Positions 21,427 through 30,012 of a stretch of 64,000 nucleotides of DNA are shown piece after piece. The first letter of the stretch is position 1. Each line of letters begins with the position of its first letter. The position numbers and the translations under genes are program-made. The notes below the pieces were generated by a model. It was not told the DNA's origin, did not search any database, and was given only the letters and a program-made list of their open reading frames with translations. The stretch comes from Bacteroidales bacterium (GTDB lineage: Bacteria; Bacteroidota; Bacteroidia; Bacteroidales; NBLH01). Location of the stretch: positions 9,691-73,690 of the forward strand of contig JAFGWC010000119.1 of assembly GCA_016937695.1 (NCBI GenBank). The letters run 5' to 3'.

Positions 21427-22053
21427 ATGAAAAATATTTCTTTGTACTTGAATATTGTATTAATTATAGCAGTTACTTTGCTTTATATCGATCGTTTTTC
21501 AGGAAAAAGCGAAAAAGCTGATGAAAATTCAAATGAAATCTCAAACTCCGTTTCAACTGAAATTGTTTATCTAAATATTGATTCATTATTAAACGGTTAT
21601 GATTATTACAATGATCTTAAAACTGAATTAATAAAAGAGCAAAAGAAGTTAGAATCTGATTTAAATTCTAAGTCAAAATCTCTTGAAAGAAAAGCAATGG
21701 AATTTCAGCAAAAGGTTGAAAAGCATTTAGTAACAAACGATCAAGCTCAAGGAATGCAGCAACAATTAATGCAAGAGCAACAAAATTTACTTCGCTTAAA
21801 AGAGCAAATGCAAATGCAACTTATGGAAAAAGAACAAAATATGAATAAAAATATTTATACTACTTTAAATGAATATTTAACAAAATATAATAAAGATTTA
21901 AATCATAAATTAATATTAAGTAATACTTATGGTGGAAATGTTTTATTAGCTCAAGAAAATTTAAATATCACTGAAAAAATATTAGCCGGTTTAAATCAAG
22001 AATATCAAAATAAACCTGTTACTGAAGAAAAAACCAATGATGAAAATAAATAA
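21427..22053 (+). CDS. OmpH/Skp family periplasmic chaperone
   Basis: N-terminal hydrophobic anchor, IVYLNIDSLL, Q-rich coiled coil, LNITEKIL; ATG at 21427 preferred because TATATTTG overlaps the upstream TTG. Confidence 0.85.
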   Translation: MKNISLYLNIVLIIAVTLLYIDRFSGKSEKADENSNEISNSVSTEIVYLNIDSLLNGYDYYNDLKTELIKEQKKLESDLNSKSKSLERKAMEFQQKVEKHLVTNDQAQGMQQQLMQEQQNLLRLKEQMQMQLMEKEQNMNKNIYTTLNEYLTKYNKDLNHKLILSNTYGGNVLLAQENLNITEKILAGLNQEYQNKPVTEEKTNDENK

Positions 22054-22082
22054 ATAAATAAATATTTTTCATTTATTTTTAT

Positions 22083-22117
22083 AAAGGTATAGGATAAATT
22101 AATCTTATACCTTTTTT
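22083..22117 (+). terminator. Probable intrinsic terminator after ompH
   Basis: AAAGGTATAGGAT-loop-ATCTTATACCTTTTTT hairpin with U-tract. Confidence 0.65.
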
Positions 22118-22186
22118 CATTTTATAGCTTAATACTTGTTTTATTCCACAAAGTATTGTTAATAAATAAATTACAACTATTGACTT

Positions 22187-23449
22187 ATGAAAATATTTGA
22201 AGATTATAAATCGAAATATATAAAAACAAATAATTTTATACATCAAAAACCGAAATTAGATACGAATAATATAATTGTAATTCCGGCATATAACGAACCA
22301 AATATTATTAATGCACTAAATTCAATAAAAGAATGTACACTTCCCGAAAAAAGTACTGAAGTAATTATAATTATCAATTCATCGATAAATTCACCTCAAT
22401 ATGTGATTGAACAGAATAAAAAAACAGAAACTGAGATTAATAATTGGTCAAAAATAAACAATAATGAAAAAATAGTTTATCATCCAATTCTATTAGAGAA
22501 AATTCCATCAAAAACGGCAGGCGTAGGATATGCAAGAAAAGTCGGAATGGATGAAGCTATAAACAGATTTATTTTAATAAAAAACACTTTTGGATTTATT
22601 ACAAATCTTGATGCTGACTCATTAGTAAAAAAAAATTATTTAGTTGAATTAGAAAATCTATTTTTAACAAAACCGAAAACAAAAGCATGTTCTATTTATT
22701 TTGAACATCCAATAAAAGGAGTCGAATTTCCGGAAGTAATTTACAAGAAAATAATAGAATATGAACTTTACCTTAGATATTATTCACTGTCTTTAAAATA
22801 TACTGGTTTCCCAAATTATTATCACACAGTGGGTTCAAGTTTTGCAGTTAAAGCTGAAACTTATTGCAAACAAGGCGGAATGAATACAAAACAAGCCGGC
22901 GAAGACTTTTATTTTTTACAAAAACTTATGCCTTTAGGCAGATATGAATATTTAAAATCAACAACTGTTTATCCGTCGCCTCGTTCTTCAGACAGAGTAA
23001 TTTTTGGAACAGGTGCTTATATTAAATCATCAATAGAAAATCCTAAAACTAATTTTTTCACTTATAATTTTAATGCTTTTAAAACTTTAAAAAACTTTTT
23101 CTCGCAAATAGATAAATTTTATAAACTTGATGCTTTTAATTACGAATTATTTAATCTCCATGAATCGATAAATAAATATTTAAAAGAAAATGAATTTGAA
23201 AAAGCTTTAAAAGAAATAAACTCAAACACATCAAATTTACAAACTTTTAGAAAAAGATTTTTTAGATGGTTTGACGCTTTAAAAATATTAAAATACCTGA
23301 ATTATAGTCATAATATTTTTTTTGAAAAACAACAATTAATCGAAGTTTTAAATGATTATTTAACATCTTCTAAAATAAAAAATATTAATATTTCAGATAA
23401 TAAAAGTCTACTCATATACATTAGAAATTTAGAAAAAAGATTGACCTGA
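22187..23449 (+). CDS. Glycosyltransferase family 2-like protein
   Basis: IVIPAYNE, GVGYARKVGMD, LDADS (DxD), GEDFYF. Confidence 0.8.
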   Translation: MKIFEDYKSKYIKTNNFIHQKPKLDTNNIIVIPAYNEPNIINALNSIKECTLPEKSTEVIIIINSSINSPQYVIEQNKKTETEINNWSKINNNEKIVYHPILLEKIPSKTAGVGYARKVGMDEAINRFILIKNTFGFITNLDADSLVKKNYLVELENLFLTKPKTKACSIYFEHPIKGVEFPEVIYKKIIEYELYLRYYSLSLKYTGFPNYYHTVGSSFAVKAETYCKQGGMNTKQAGEDFYFLQKLMPLGRYEYLKSTTVYPSPRSSDRVIFGTGAYIKSSIENPKTNFFTYNFNAFKTLKNFFSQIDKFYKLDAFNYELFNLHESINKYLKENEFEKALKEINSNTSNLQTFRKRFFRWFDALKILKYLNYSHNIFFEKQQLIEVLNDYLTSSKIKNINISDNKSLLIYIRNLEKRLT

Positions 23450-23469
23450 AAAATGATAAAGCTTGAACA

Positions 23470-23585
23470 TGTACGTTTTCGTACACATTTTTCCATTTTC
23501 GTACACTAATTTAAAAGCACAAAGTCAATAACGTCAGTATTGTTCTAATTATCAACACTTTAATTTTTATGGTATCTAAATTGTT
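23470..23585 (+). promoter_or_regulatory. Putative sigma54 promoter with upstream activator repeats and IHF-like site
   Basis: TGTACGTTTTCGTACA palindrome (23470-23485) with a partial copy 20 bp downstream; TATCAACACTTTA (WATCAANNNNTTR) 23550-23562; TGGTAT-N5-TTGT 23570-23584. Confidence 0.65.
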
Positions 23586-23634
23586 TAGTATAAATTCTTA
23601 AATAAATTATTATTAACAACCAAAATAAAACACA

Positions 23635-24396
23635 ATGAAAAAAACAATTTTAATTTTAGTTACAGTAATTTTTTCAACATTAGGTTTAAAAGCGCAAGAC
23701 ATGACGATTGATCAAGTTTTAGAAACTTATTTCGAAACTTTAGGTCAAGAAAAATTAAGTGCAGTTACTTCAATTACAATGACAGGAAAACAAATGGCTC
23801 AAGGAATGGAGTTTCCTTTTAAAGTTACTATAAAAAGACCAAACAAGCTTAGATTAGAAGCAACAGTTCAAGGAAACACAATGGTACAAGCATTTGATGG
23901 CGAAAAAGGATGGATGATTGCACCATGGCTTGGAACTTCTGATCCTCAAGATGTTGGCGAAGACCAAATAAAAGGTTTCAAAGAACAAGCTGATATCGAT
24001 GGTAAACTTTTTAACTGGAAAGAAAAAGGATATACAGTTGAATTAATTGGCAAAGAAGATATGGAAGGAACCGAAGTTTATAAAATTAAATTAACCGAAA
24101 AGCCAGAAAAAGAAGGCGAAGCAGGCGATGTTACTTTTTATTTTGTTGATGCTGAAAATTTTGTTGTTTTAAAAACTACAGCAAAAAGAATTTTGAGAGG
24201 AACTGAAGTTTCATCAGACAGCTATTCAAGTAATTACAAAGAAGTTGAAGGAATTATTTTTCCTTTTTCAATCGAAACAAAAATGGATGGAAATTCGGTT
24301 TCTCAAATTGTTATAGAAGAAGTTAAATTTAATGAAGATATTGACGATACAATTTTTAGCAGGCCTGAAAAAAATGATGAAAGTAAATCAGAATAA
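23635..24396 (+). CDS. Secreted LolA-like (outer-membrane lipoprotein-sorting family) protein
   Basis: Signal peptide ending AQ; KRPNKLRLE, QAFDGEKGW, YKEVEGIIFP beta-rich pattern. Confidence 0.65.
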   Translation: MKKTILILVTVIFSTLGLKAQDMTIDQVLETYFETLGQEKLSAVTSITMTGKQMAQGMEFPFKVTIKRPNKLRLEATVQGNTMVQAFDGEKGWMIAPWLGTSDPQDVGEDQIKGFKEQADIDGKLFNWKEKGYTVELIGKEDMEGTEVYKIKLTEKPEKEGEAGDVTFYFVDAENFVVLKTTAKRILRGTEVSSDSYSSNYKEVEGIIFPFSIETKMDGNSVSQIVIEEVKFNEDIDDTIFSRPEKNDESKSE

Positions 24397-24404
24397 TTAA
24401 AATT

Positions 24405-27400
24405 ATGAAAAGTAAAAATTTAAAATTTTGGATTTTAATTTTAGGGCTTCATCTAATTTTTATTAATCAAATATTATCTCAAAATAAAGTAAAAATTGAT
24501 TACAATACATTTGGAGCACTAAATGCAAGGCATATTGGTCCTGCAGGAATGAGCGGAAGAGTATCTGCACTTGATGCAGTAGATACTGATCCAAGGATTA
24601 TATATATAGGCTCGGCAAGTGGCGGACTATGGAAAACAAAAAACGGCGGAACTACTTTTAAGCCAATTTTTGATGAATATACTCAATCGATTGGTGCTGT
24701 TAAAATAGACCAAAAAAATCCGGATACAGTTTGGGTTGGAACCGGCGAAACTTGGGTAAGAAACAGTGTATCAATAGGAAACGGCATTTACAAAACAACA
24801 GATGGTGGCGAAAACTGGAAATTTCTCGGATTAAAAGAAACAGAAAGAATTGCCAGAATTGCTATTGATAAAAATAATTCTGATGTAGTTTATGTAGCTG
24901 CACTTGGTCATTTATGGGGACCAAATAAAGAAAGAGGTCTTTACAAAACATCTGATGGTGGAAAAACTTGGGAAAATATTTTATATGTAGATGAAAATAC
25001 TGGTTGTACTGATATTGCAATAGATACTGAAAATCCAAATATTTTATATGCCGCAATGTGGGAATTTCAGCGAAAAGCATATACTTTTAATTCAGGCGGA
25101 AAAGGAAGCGCACTTTACAAATCAATTGATGCCGGAAAAACATGGGAAAAATTAACAAAAGACCTTCCAACTGGCATTCTTGGCAGAATTGCAATTAGTG
25201 TTTCCTCAGTTAATCCAAATATTGTTTATGCATTAATTGAATCAGAAAAAACAGCACTTTATCGCTCAAAAGATAAAGGTATAAGTTGGGAAGAAATGAA
25301 CAAAACAAGAGCTGTTTCTGAACGTCCATTCTATTTTTCAAATATTTTTGCCGATCCAATTGATACAAACAGAGTTTATAAACCCGGTTTTGGAATAACA
25401 GTTAGCGATAATGGCGGTAAAAACTTTAGCGGAACATCAATTGAAGGCGGAAACTTCCACAGCGATTTGCATGCAATGTATATTGGCAAAAAAGATAATA
25501 ATCTGATTTACATTGGCACAGATGGCGGTTTATATATTTCTGCAGATAAAGGAAATACATGGCGAATTGCTAGAAACCTTCCATTATCTCAATTTTATCA
25601 TGTAAGCGCTGATATGCAATCTCCTTACAATGTTTATGGCGGTTTACAAGACAATGGTTCGTGGTATGGCCCTTCAAAAAGCCCTGGAGGAATTACAAAT
25701 TATGATTGGAAAAGCATTGGTTTTGGCGATGGTTTTTGTGTTTATTCTGATCCAAAAGATAATAATATAATTTTTTGGCAATATCAAGGAGGCGAAATTG
25801 CCAGAGCTTACGCTAAAACAAACGAATTTAAATCTATAAAACCATACAAAACAGCAGAAATCGAAGATTTAAGATTTAACTGGAATACTCCGGTTATTTT
25901 TAGCCGAGATGGAGAAAGAATGTATGTTGGCTCACAATATCTTTATGTAACTGAGAATAAAGGAGATAGCTGGAAAAGAATATCACCTGATTTAACAACA
26001 GATAATCCGCAAAAGCAAATGCAAGAAAAATCCGGCGGTTTAACAATTGATAATTCAACAGCAGAAAATCATTGTACAATTATTACTATAAACGAATCGC
26101 CTTTAGATAAAAATATTATTTGGGTTGGCACCGATGATGGCAATATTCAAGTTACTAAAGATGGTGGAAAAACTTGGGCAAATGTTATTCAAAATATTAG
26201 TGAACTGCCTGTAAATACATGGTGTTCATATATTGAACCTAGTAATTTCGATAAATCTACTGCATACGCCACTTTTGACGGTCATTATAATAACGACATG
26301 AATCCATATATTTATAAAACAACAGATTTTGGTAAAACATGGATTTCATTATCAGACAATAACTTAAACACAAATAATCATATTATTAAACAAGACTTTA
26401 TAAATAAAAACTTATTGTTTTTAGGTACTGAATTTGGATTATATGTTTCTATAAACGACGGTAAATTATGGTCGAAATTTAAAGGTAATGTTCCAAATGT
26501 ATCAATAAGAGACATGGTTATTCATCCTCGCGAAAATGATTTAATTTTAGCAACTCATGGTCGCGGCATATTAATTATTGATGATATAAGCCCGTTAAGA
26601 AACTTAAAAGAAGAAACCTTAAATTCAGATTTAACGTTCTTAAAATCAAACGATTATATTATAAATGATTTAGGAATGACCCAAAATTTTGAAGGCGATG
26701 ATGAGTTTAGAGGTCAAAATCCACCTGAAGCAGCTACAATTACATATTACATGAAAAAACGCCATATTTTTGGTGAAATGTATATTGAAATTTTTGATAA
26801 AGATGGAAATAATATAAAAAAATTACCTGCAGGAAACAGAAAAGGAATAAATAAAGTTGTTTGGCGATTAAGGAAAAAACCGCCAAAAGTTCCTGCATCG
26901 CCTCAATTAGCTGGCTTTGCAATGCAAGGTCCACTTTATCCGGCAGGCGAATATACTGTAAAACTTACAAAAGGTGAAGATGTTTATGAATCAAAAATAA
27001 ATATAAAACTTAATCCAAATTCGCCACATTCAGAATCAGATCGAATATTTAGGGCAAAAGTTGTAAATCAGGCCTACGATTTATTAGAAAAATTAGCTTT
27101 TATAGATGCTCAAATAACTGATATTAGAGATAAATCTAAAACTGAAGCAAAAACAGCTTCAAAAAGCTTAAGTAAAAAGCTAAATACTCTTTACGATAAA
27201 ATGGAAACACTTCATAAAGAGTTAGTTGCAACCAAAGAAGGAGATATTACAGGCGAAGAAAAGTTAAGAGAAAAAATATCTCAACTTTACGGTTACATAA
27301 TGTTTTACAAAGGCAAACCAACTGATTCTCAGGTTCAAAGACTTAAAGATTTAGAGAAAATCATTGAACAAAAAAATAATTATTTGAATGATTTGATTAA

Positions 27401-27494
27401 TAATGATTTAGCCAAAATTAACAAGTCATTATTAAACGAAAAAAAATCAGAAATAAAAATTATTTCTAAAGAAGATTACTTTAAAGAAGATTAA
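24405..27494 (+). CDS. VPS10/BNR (Asp-box) beta-propeller secreted protein, glycosyl hydrolase-like
   Basis: Signal peptide; RHIGPAGMSGR; many S/T-x-D-x-G-x-T-W Asp boxes; GGLQDNG. Confidence 0.85.
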   Translation: MKSKNLKFWILILGLHLIFINQILSQNKVKIDYNTFGALNARHIGPAGMSGRVSALDAVDTDPRIIYIGSASGGLWKTKNGGTTFKPIFDEYTQSIGAVKIDQKNPDTVWVGTGETWVRNSVSIGNGIYKTTDGGENWKFLGLKETERIARIAIDKNNSDVVYVAALGHLWGPNKERGLYKTSDGGKTWENILYVDENTGCTDIAIDTENPNILYAAMWEFQRKAYTFNSGGKGSALYKSIDAGKTWEKLTKDLPTGILGRIAISVSSVNPNIVYALIESEKTALYRSKDKGISWEEMNKTRAVSERPFYFSNIFADPIDTNRVYKPGFGITVSDNGGKNFSGTSIEGGNFHSDLHAMYIGKKDNNLIYIGTDGGLYISADKGNTWRIARNLPLSQFYHVSADMQSPYNVYGGLQDNGSWYGPSKSPGGITNYDWKSIGFGDGFCVYSDPKDNNIIFWQYQGGEIARAYAKTNEFKSIKPYKTAEIEDLRFNWNTPVIFSRDGERMYVGSQYLYVTENKGDSWKRISPDLTTDNPQKQMQEKSGGLTIDNSTAENHCTIITINESPLDKNIIWVGTDDGNIQVTKDGGKTWANVIQNISELPVNTWCSYIEPSNFDKSTAYATFDGHYNNDMNPYIYKTTDFGKTWISLSDNNLNTNNHIIKQDFINKNLLFLGTEFGLYVSINDGKLWSKFKGNVPNVSIRDMVIHPRENDLILATHGRGILIIDDISPLRNLKEETLNSDLTFLKSNDYIINDLGMTQNFEGDDEFRGQNPPEAATITYYMKKRHIFGEMYIEIFDKDGNNIKKLPAGNRKGINKVVWRLRKKPPKVPASPQLAGFAMQGPLYPAGEYTVKLTKGEDVYESKINIKLNPNSPHSESDRIFRAKVVNQAYDLLEKLAFIDAQITDIRDKSKTEAKTASKSLSKKLNTLYDKMETLHKELVATKEGDITGEEKLREKISQLYGYIMFYKGKPTDSQVQRLKDLEKIIEQKNNYLNDLINNDLAKINKSLLNEKKSEIKIISKEDYFKED

Positions 27495-27495
27495 T

Positions 27496-27531
27496 AAAAA
27501 GAGGCTGCCTTATTTTGGCAGCCTCTTTTTT
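27496..27531. terminator. Bidirectional intrinsic terminator
   Basis: AAAAAGAGGCTGCC-TTATTTT-GGCAGCCTCTTTTT between convergent genes. Confidence 0.9.
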
Positions 27532-27535
27532 AAAT

Positions 27536-27970
27536 TTACATAATCTCAATTTTTCTTTGAGCTTTTATTTTTGCCTCTTCTTTTTTAGGAATTTCAATTT
27601 GCAAAATTCCATTTATATATTCTGCTTTTATTTCTTCGCTATTAGCAGAATCGGGCAAAGTGAAAGAACGTTGAAACGAAGTGTAATTAAACTCTCTTCG
27701 AGTAAAATTTTTGTTTTTTTCTTCATTTTTTTGTTCTTTTTCCGATTTTACTGTTAAAACATTATTGTCCAAATTAATATTAAATTCATTTTTTTCCATT
27801 CCCGGAACTGCAAATTCAATTTTAAATAAATTTTCTTCTTCAGCAATATTTACCGATGGCAATGTTGAATTTCTATTAATATTTATTCCTGCTTCAACAT
27901 TACCGAAAATGTCTTCCAATAAATTTGTAAAATTTGGATAATTGTGATTTACTCTTCTAATTAATGTCAT
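27536..27970 (-). CDS. Hsp20/alpha-crystallin small heat-shock protein
   Basis: PSVNI, VPGM, FTRREF..FQRSFTLP, AEYINGILQIEIPK. Confidence 0.95.
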   Translation of the reverse strand: MTLIRRVNHNYPNFTNLLEDIFGNVEAGININRNSTLPSVNIAEEENLFKIEFAVPGMEKNEFNINLDNNVLTVKSEKEQKNEEKNKNFTRREFNYTSFQRSFTLPDSANSEEIKAEYINGILQIEIPKKEEAKIKAQRKIEIM

Positions 27971-28022
27971 TTTATTTTCCTCCTATTTTAGTTAAAAAAT
28001 TAATTCGTTTTGAACTGATATT

Positions 28023-28125
28023 TTCAACTTTTATACCATCAATAAAATTAAGATAAAATGACTTGAAATATAAAAAATAACCGACTTTTTGTCATCATAA
28101 ACAACAATTAAATGTCATTATGTCT
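28023..28125 (-). promoter_or_regulatory. Putative sigma54-like promoter and three phased operator-like palindromes upstream of hsp20
   Basis: Minus strand TGGTAT-N5-TTGA (28023-28038); G[AT][CT]-N4-TG[AT]C at 28052, 28083 and 28114. Confidence 0.5.
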
Positions 28126-29335
28126 TCTTAATATTTTTTTCGTTTAATTTATAATAATAAAAGTAATAAAACGCCCTGATTGTAATTGTTAAAATTATAG
28201 GAATAAAAACTACACTGAAAGATTGTGGTATAATAAACCAAAAAGGTAAAATCAAAAAAGCAATTAATCCGCTTGTTAAGAAATAATAATTTAAAAACAC
28301 TAATTGCCTTTTAATCAGCAACATAAAAGAAATAAAAAAGTGAGTTGGGAAAGCCCAAAGTAAATTCCAATTATTTACAACTGCTGTATGATCGGTTGCA
28401 AACCAAACTAAAAATAAAATAAGACCAATAATTCCTATAAATAAAAAGAAAATAAAATCAAATATTTTAAAAATTGTATTTCTTTTTATTTCAATCATTA
28501 ATAAAATTATTGAAAATACTAAAACATATAAAAATATTGCCATCGGACTTATTAATAAACAATTTTCTGTATCAGTTTCAACTTGCTTAAATAAAATTGC
28601 ATTGTGTTTTATAAAATTTTCATCGCTCCCATTTATAGTAATTTTAGCTTTTGAAAATGCATTTCTAACATAATCCGGAATAAACATTGTTTCCGATAAA
28701 TTTACATTTCTATCAGTAATATCGCCAAGAATTAATCTAATTCCAAATCTCGACCATGGATGTTCTTGTAAATAAGGCTTTAGCATATCTCTAAAAGTAA
28801 GAGTATCTTTATAATCCGAATCAAATTTTAAATCTTCAGCAAGATTAATTTCCATAACATCTCTAATACGTGTTGCACAATTATCAAAAAAGAAATCGTA
28901 TAAATAATATTTATTTTCGGGTTTTCTGTTGTTTTCTAAATATTCAAAAATCTTCTGTTTTTGTTCTTGATTTAAATTTAAAACCTGTTCGTAAACCGAT
29001 CTATTTTCTAATATGTACGAATAAAGAAAATTTCGCATGTGGTTGACACTCAATTGATAATTAAGCTTTCCCCGAACAAATTTCACATAAAAATTTGGTT
29101 CATCGAAACTAAATGTTCCATAATTATAAACCCAATCTATTCCTTTATTAAAATCTTTTACTCTTATTGCATTATGTCCGAAAACAGAATAAAGTTCTTC
29201 GCCTGGATTACAAGTTATAAGGCTTATTTCTGCATTTTCAGATAAATTTTGAGCCTGTAGTTTAGAATAATTAAACCCAAATATCAAAAAAATAATAAGT
29301 ATTGTGAAAAATAAATTCTGTTTCATTTTTACCAT
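28118..29335 (-). CDS. DUF4105 / Lnb-like lipoprotein N-acyltransferase
   Basis: ISLITC.PG.ELYSVFGH, YNYGTF, YDFFFDNCATR (His/Cys), C-terminal TM bundle. Confidence 0.8.
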   Translation of the reverse strand: MVKMKQNLFFTILIIFLIFGFNYSKLQAQNLSENAEISLITCNPGEELYSVFGHNAIRVKDFNKGIDWVYNYGTFSFDEPNFYVKFVRGKLNYQLSVNHMRNFLYSYILENRSVYEQVLNLNQEQKQKIFEYLENNRKPENKYYLYDFFFDNCATRIRDVMEINLAEDLKFDSDYKDTLTFRDMLKPYLQEHPWSRFGIRLILGDITDRNVNLSETMFIPDYVRNAFSKAKITINGSDENFIKHNAILFKQVETDTENCLLISPMAIFLYVLVFSIILLMIEIKRNTIFKIFDFIFFLFIGIIGLILFLVWFATDHTAVVNNWNLLWAFPTHFFISFMLLIKRQLVFLNYYFLTSGLIAFLILPFWFIIPQSFSVVFIPIILTITIRAFYYFYYYKLNEKNIKKT

Positions 29336-29415
29336 TTTATAATTAAATTAACTCTGCAATATAATTTTTTTTATTTAAAAAAGTTATAATTATATGTAAC
29401 TAAAATATTAATTTT

Positions 29416-29950
29416 ATGAAAAGCAAAATTACATTATTATCAACCTTAATTGTTTTTTCGATATTTAATTTATCAAACAGCTATTTAGCTCAATCTCAAG
29501 GATTTACAAAAAATGCAACAATAGAATATAAAGGCGAAAGACGGAAAAAGGGTTAAAGGAAAATTTATAAGTTTTAAAGACACAAACAAAAAAACTCTTA
29601 TTAGCAGTTTTACAGCATTTACAGTTCAATCAAAAGATGGAGATTATATTAAAAATATTGATGTTTTATTCAAAGATTATATAAGTCTTAGTGGTGGTAA
29701 AAATATTGGAAACAACCAATGTGAATATACATTTACTCGTAATGATAACAAATCCTTTAACGGAAGATTAATCTGTTTTTTTTTCGGCGTTGTAATTGAG
29801 GATATGGATGGATTTGGTCAAAACACTTATAATTTAAAAGATATAATTCCTTTAAGCGTTGTTTCAAAAGGAAATAATCAGAATACATCAAATGCATTTA
29901 TTATTTGTCCACATTGCGGCGAAAAAATTTATATTGATGCTCATAAATAA
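29416..29950 (+). pseudogene. Frameshifted gene for a ~177-aa secreted protein with C-terminal CPHC motif (absent from the ORF track)
   Basis: ATG29416 MKSKITLLSTLIVFSIF... stops after 46 aa; +1 frame continues AKDGKRVKGKF...IICPHCGEKIYIDAHK to TAA 29950; total length is 3n+1. Confidence 0.7.
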
Positions 29951-29953
29951 AGT

Positions 29954-29993
29954 AAAAAAAGATGGAAGTTAAAAAAACCTTCCATCTTTTTTT
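29954..29993. terminator. Bidirectional intrinsic terminator
   Basis: AAAAAAAGATGGAAG-loop-CTTCCATCTTTTTTT. Confidence 0.88.
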
Positions 29994-30012
29994 AAAAATG
30001 CATTTTTTCACA

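Noticed and set aside
22040-22080. (TAAA)n run and AT-only hairpin at the end of ompH
   Set aside because: Low-complexity AT sequence; a better terminator lies immediately downstream.
23470-23510. Short direct repeats as a possible CRISPR remnant
   Set aside because: Only two 11-bp copies 20 bp apart, with no spacers or cas genes; better explained as activator sites.
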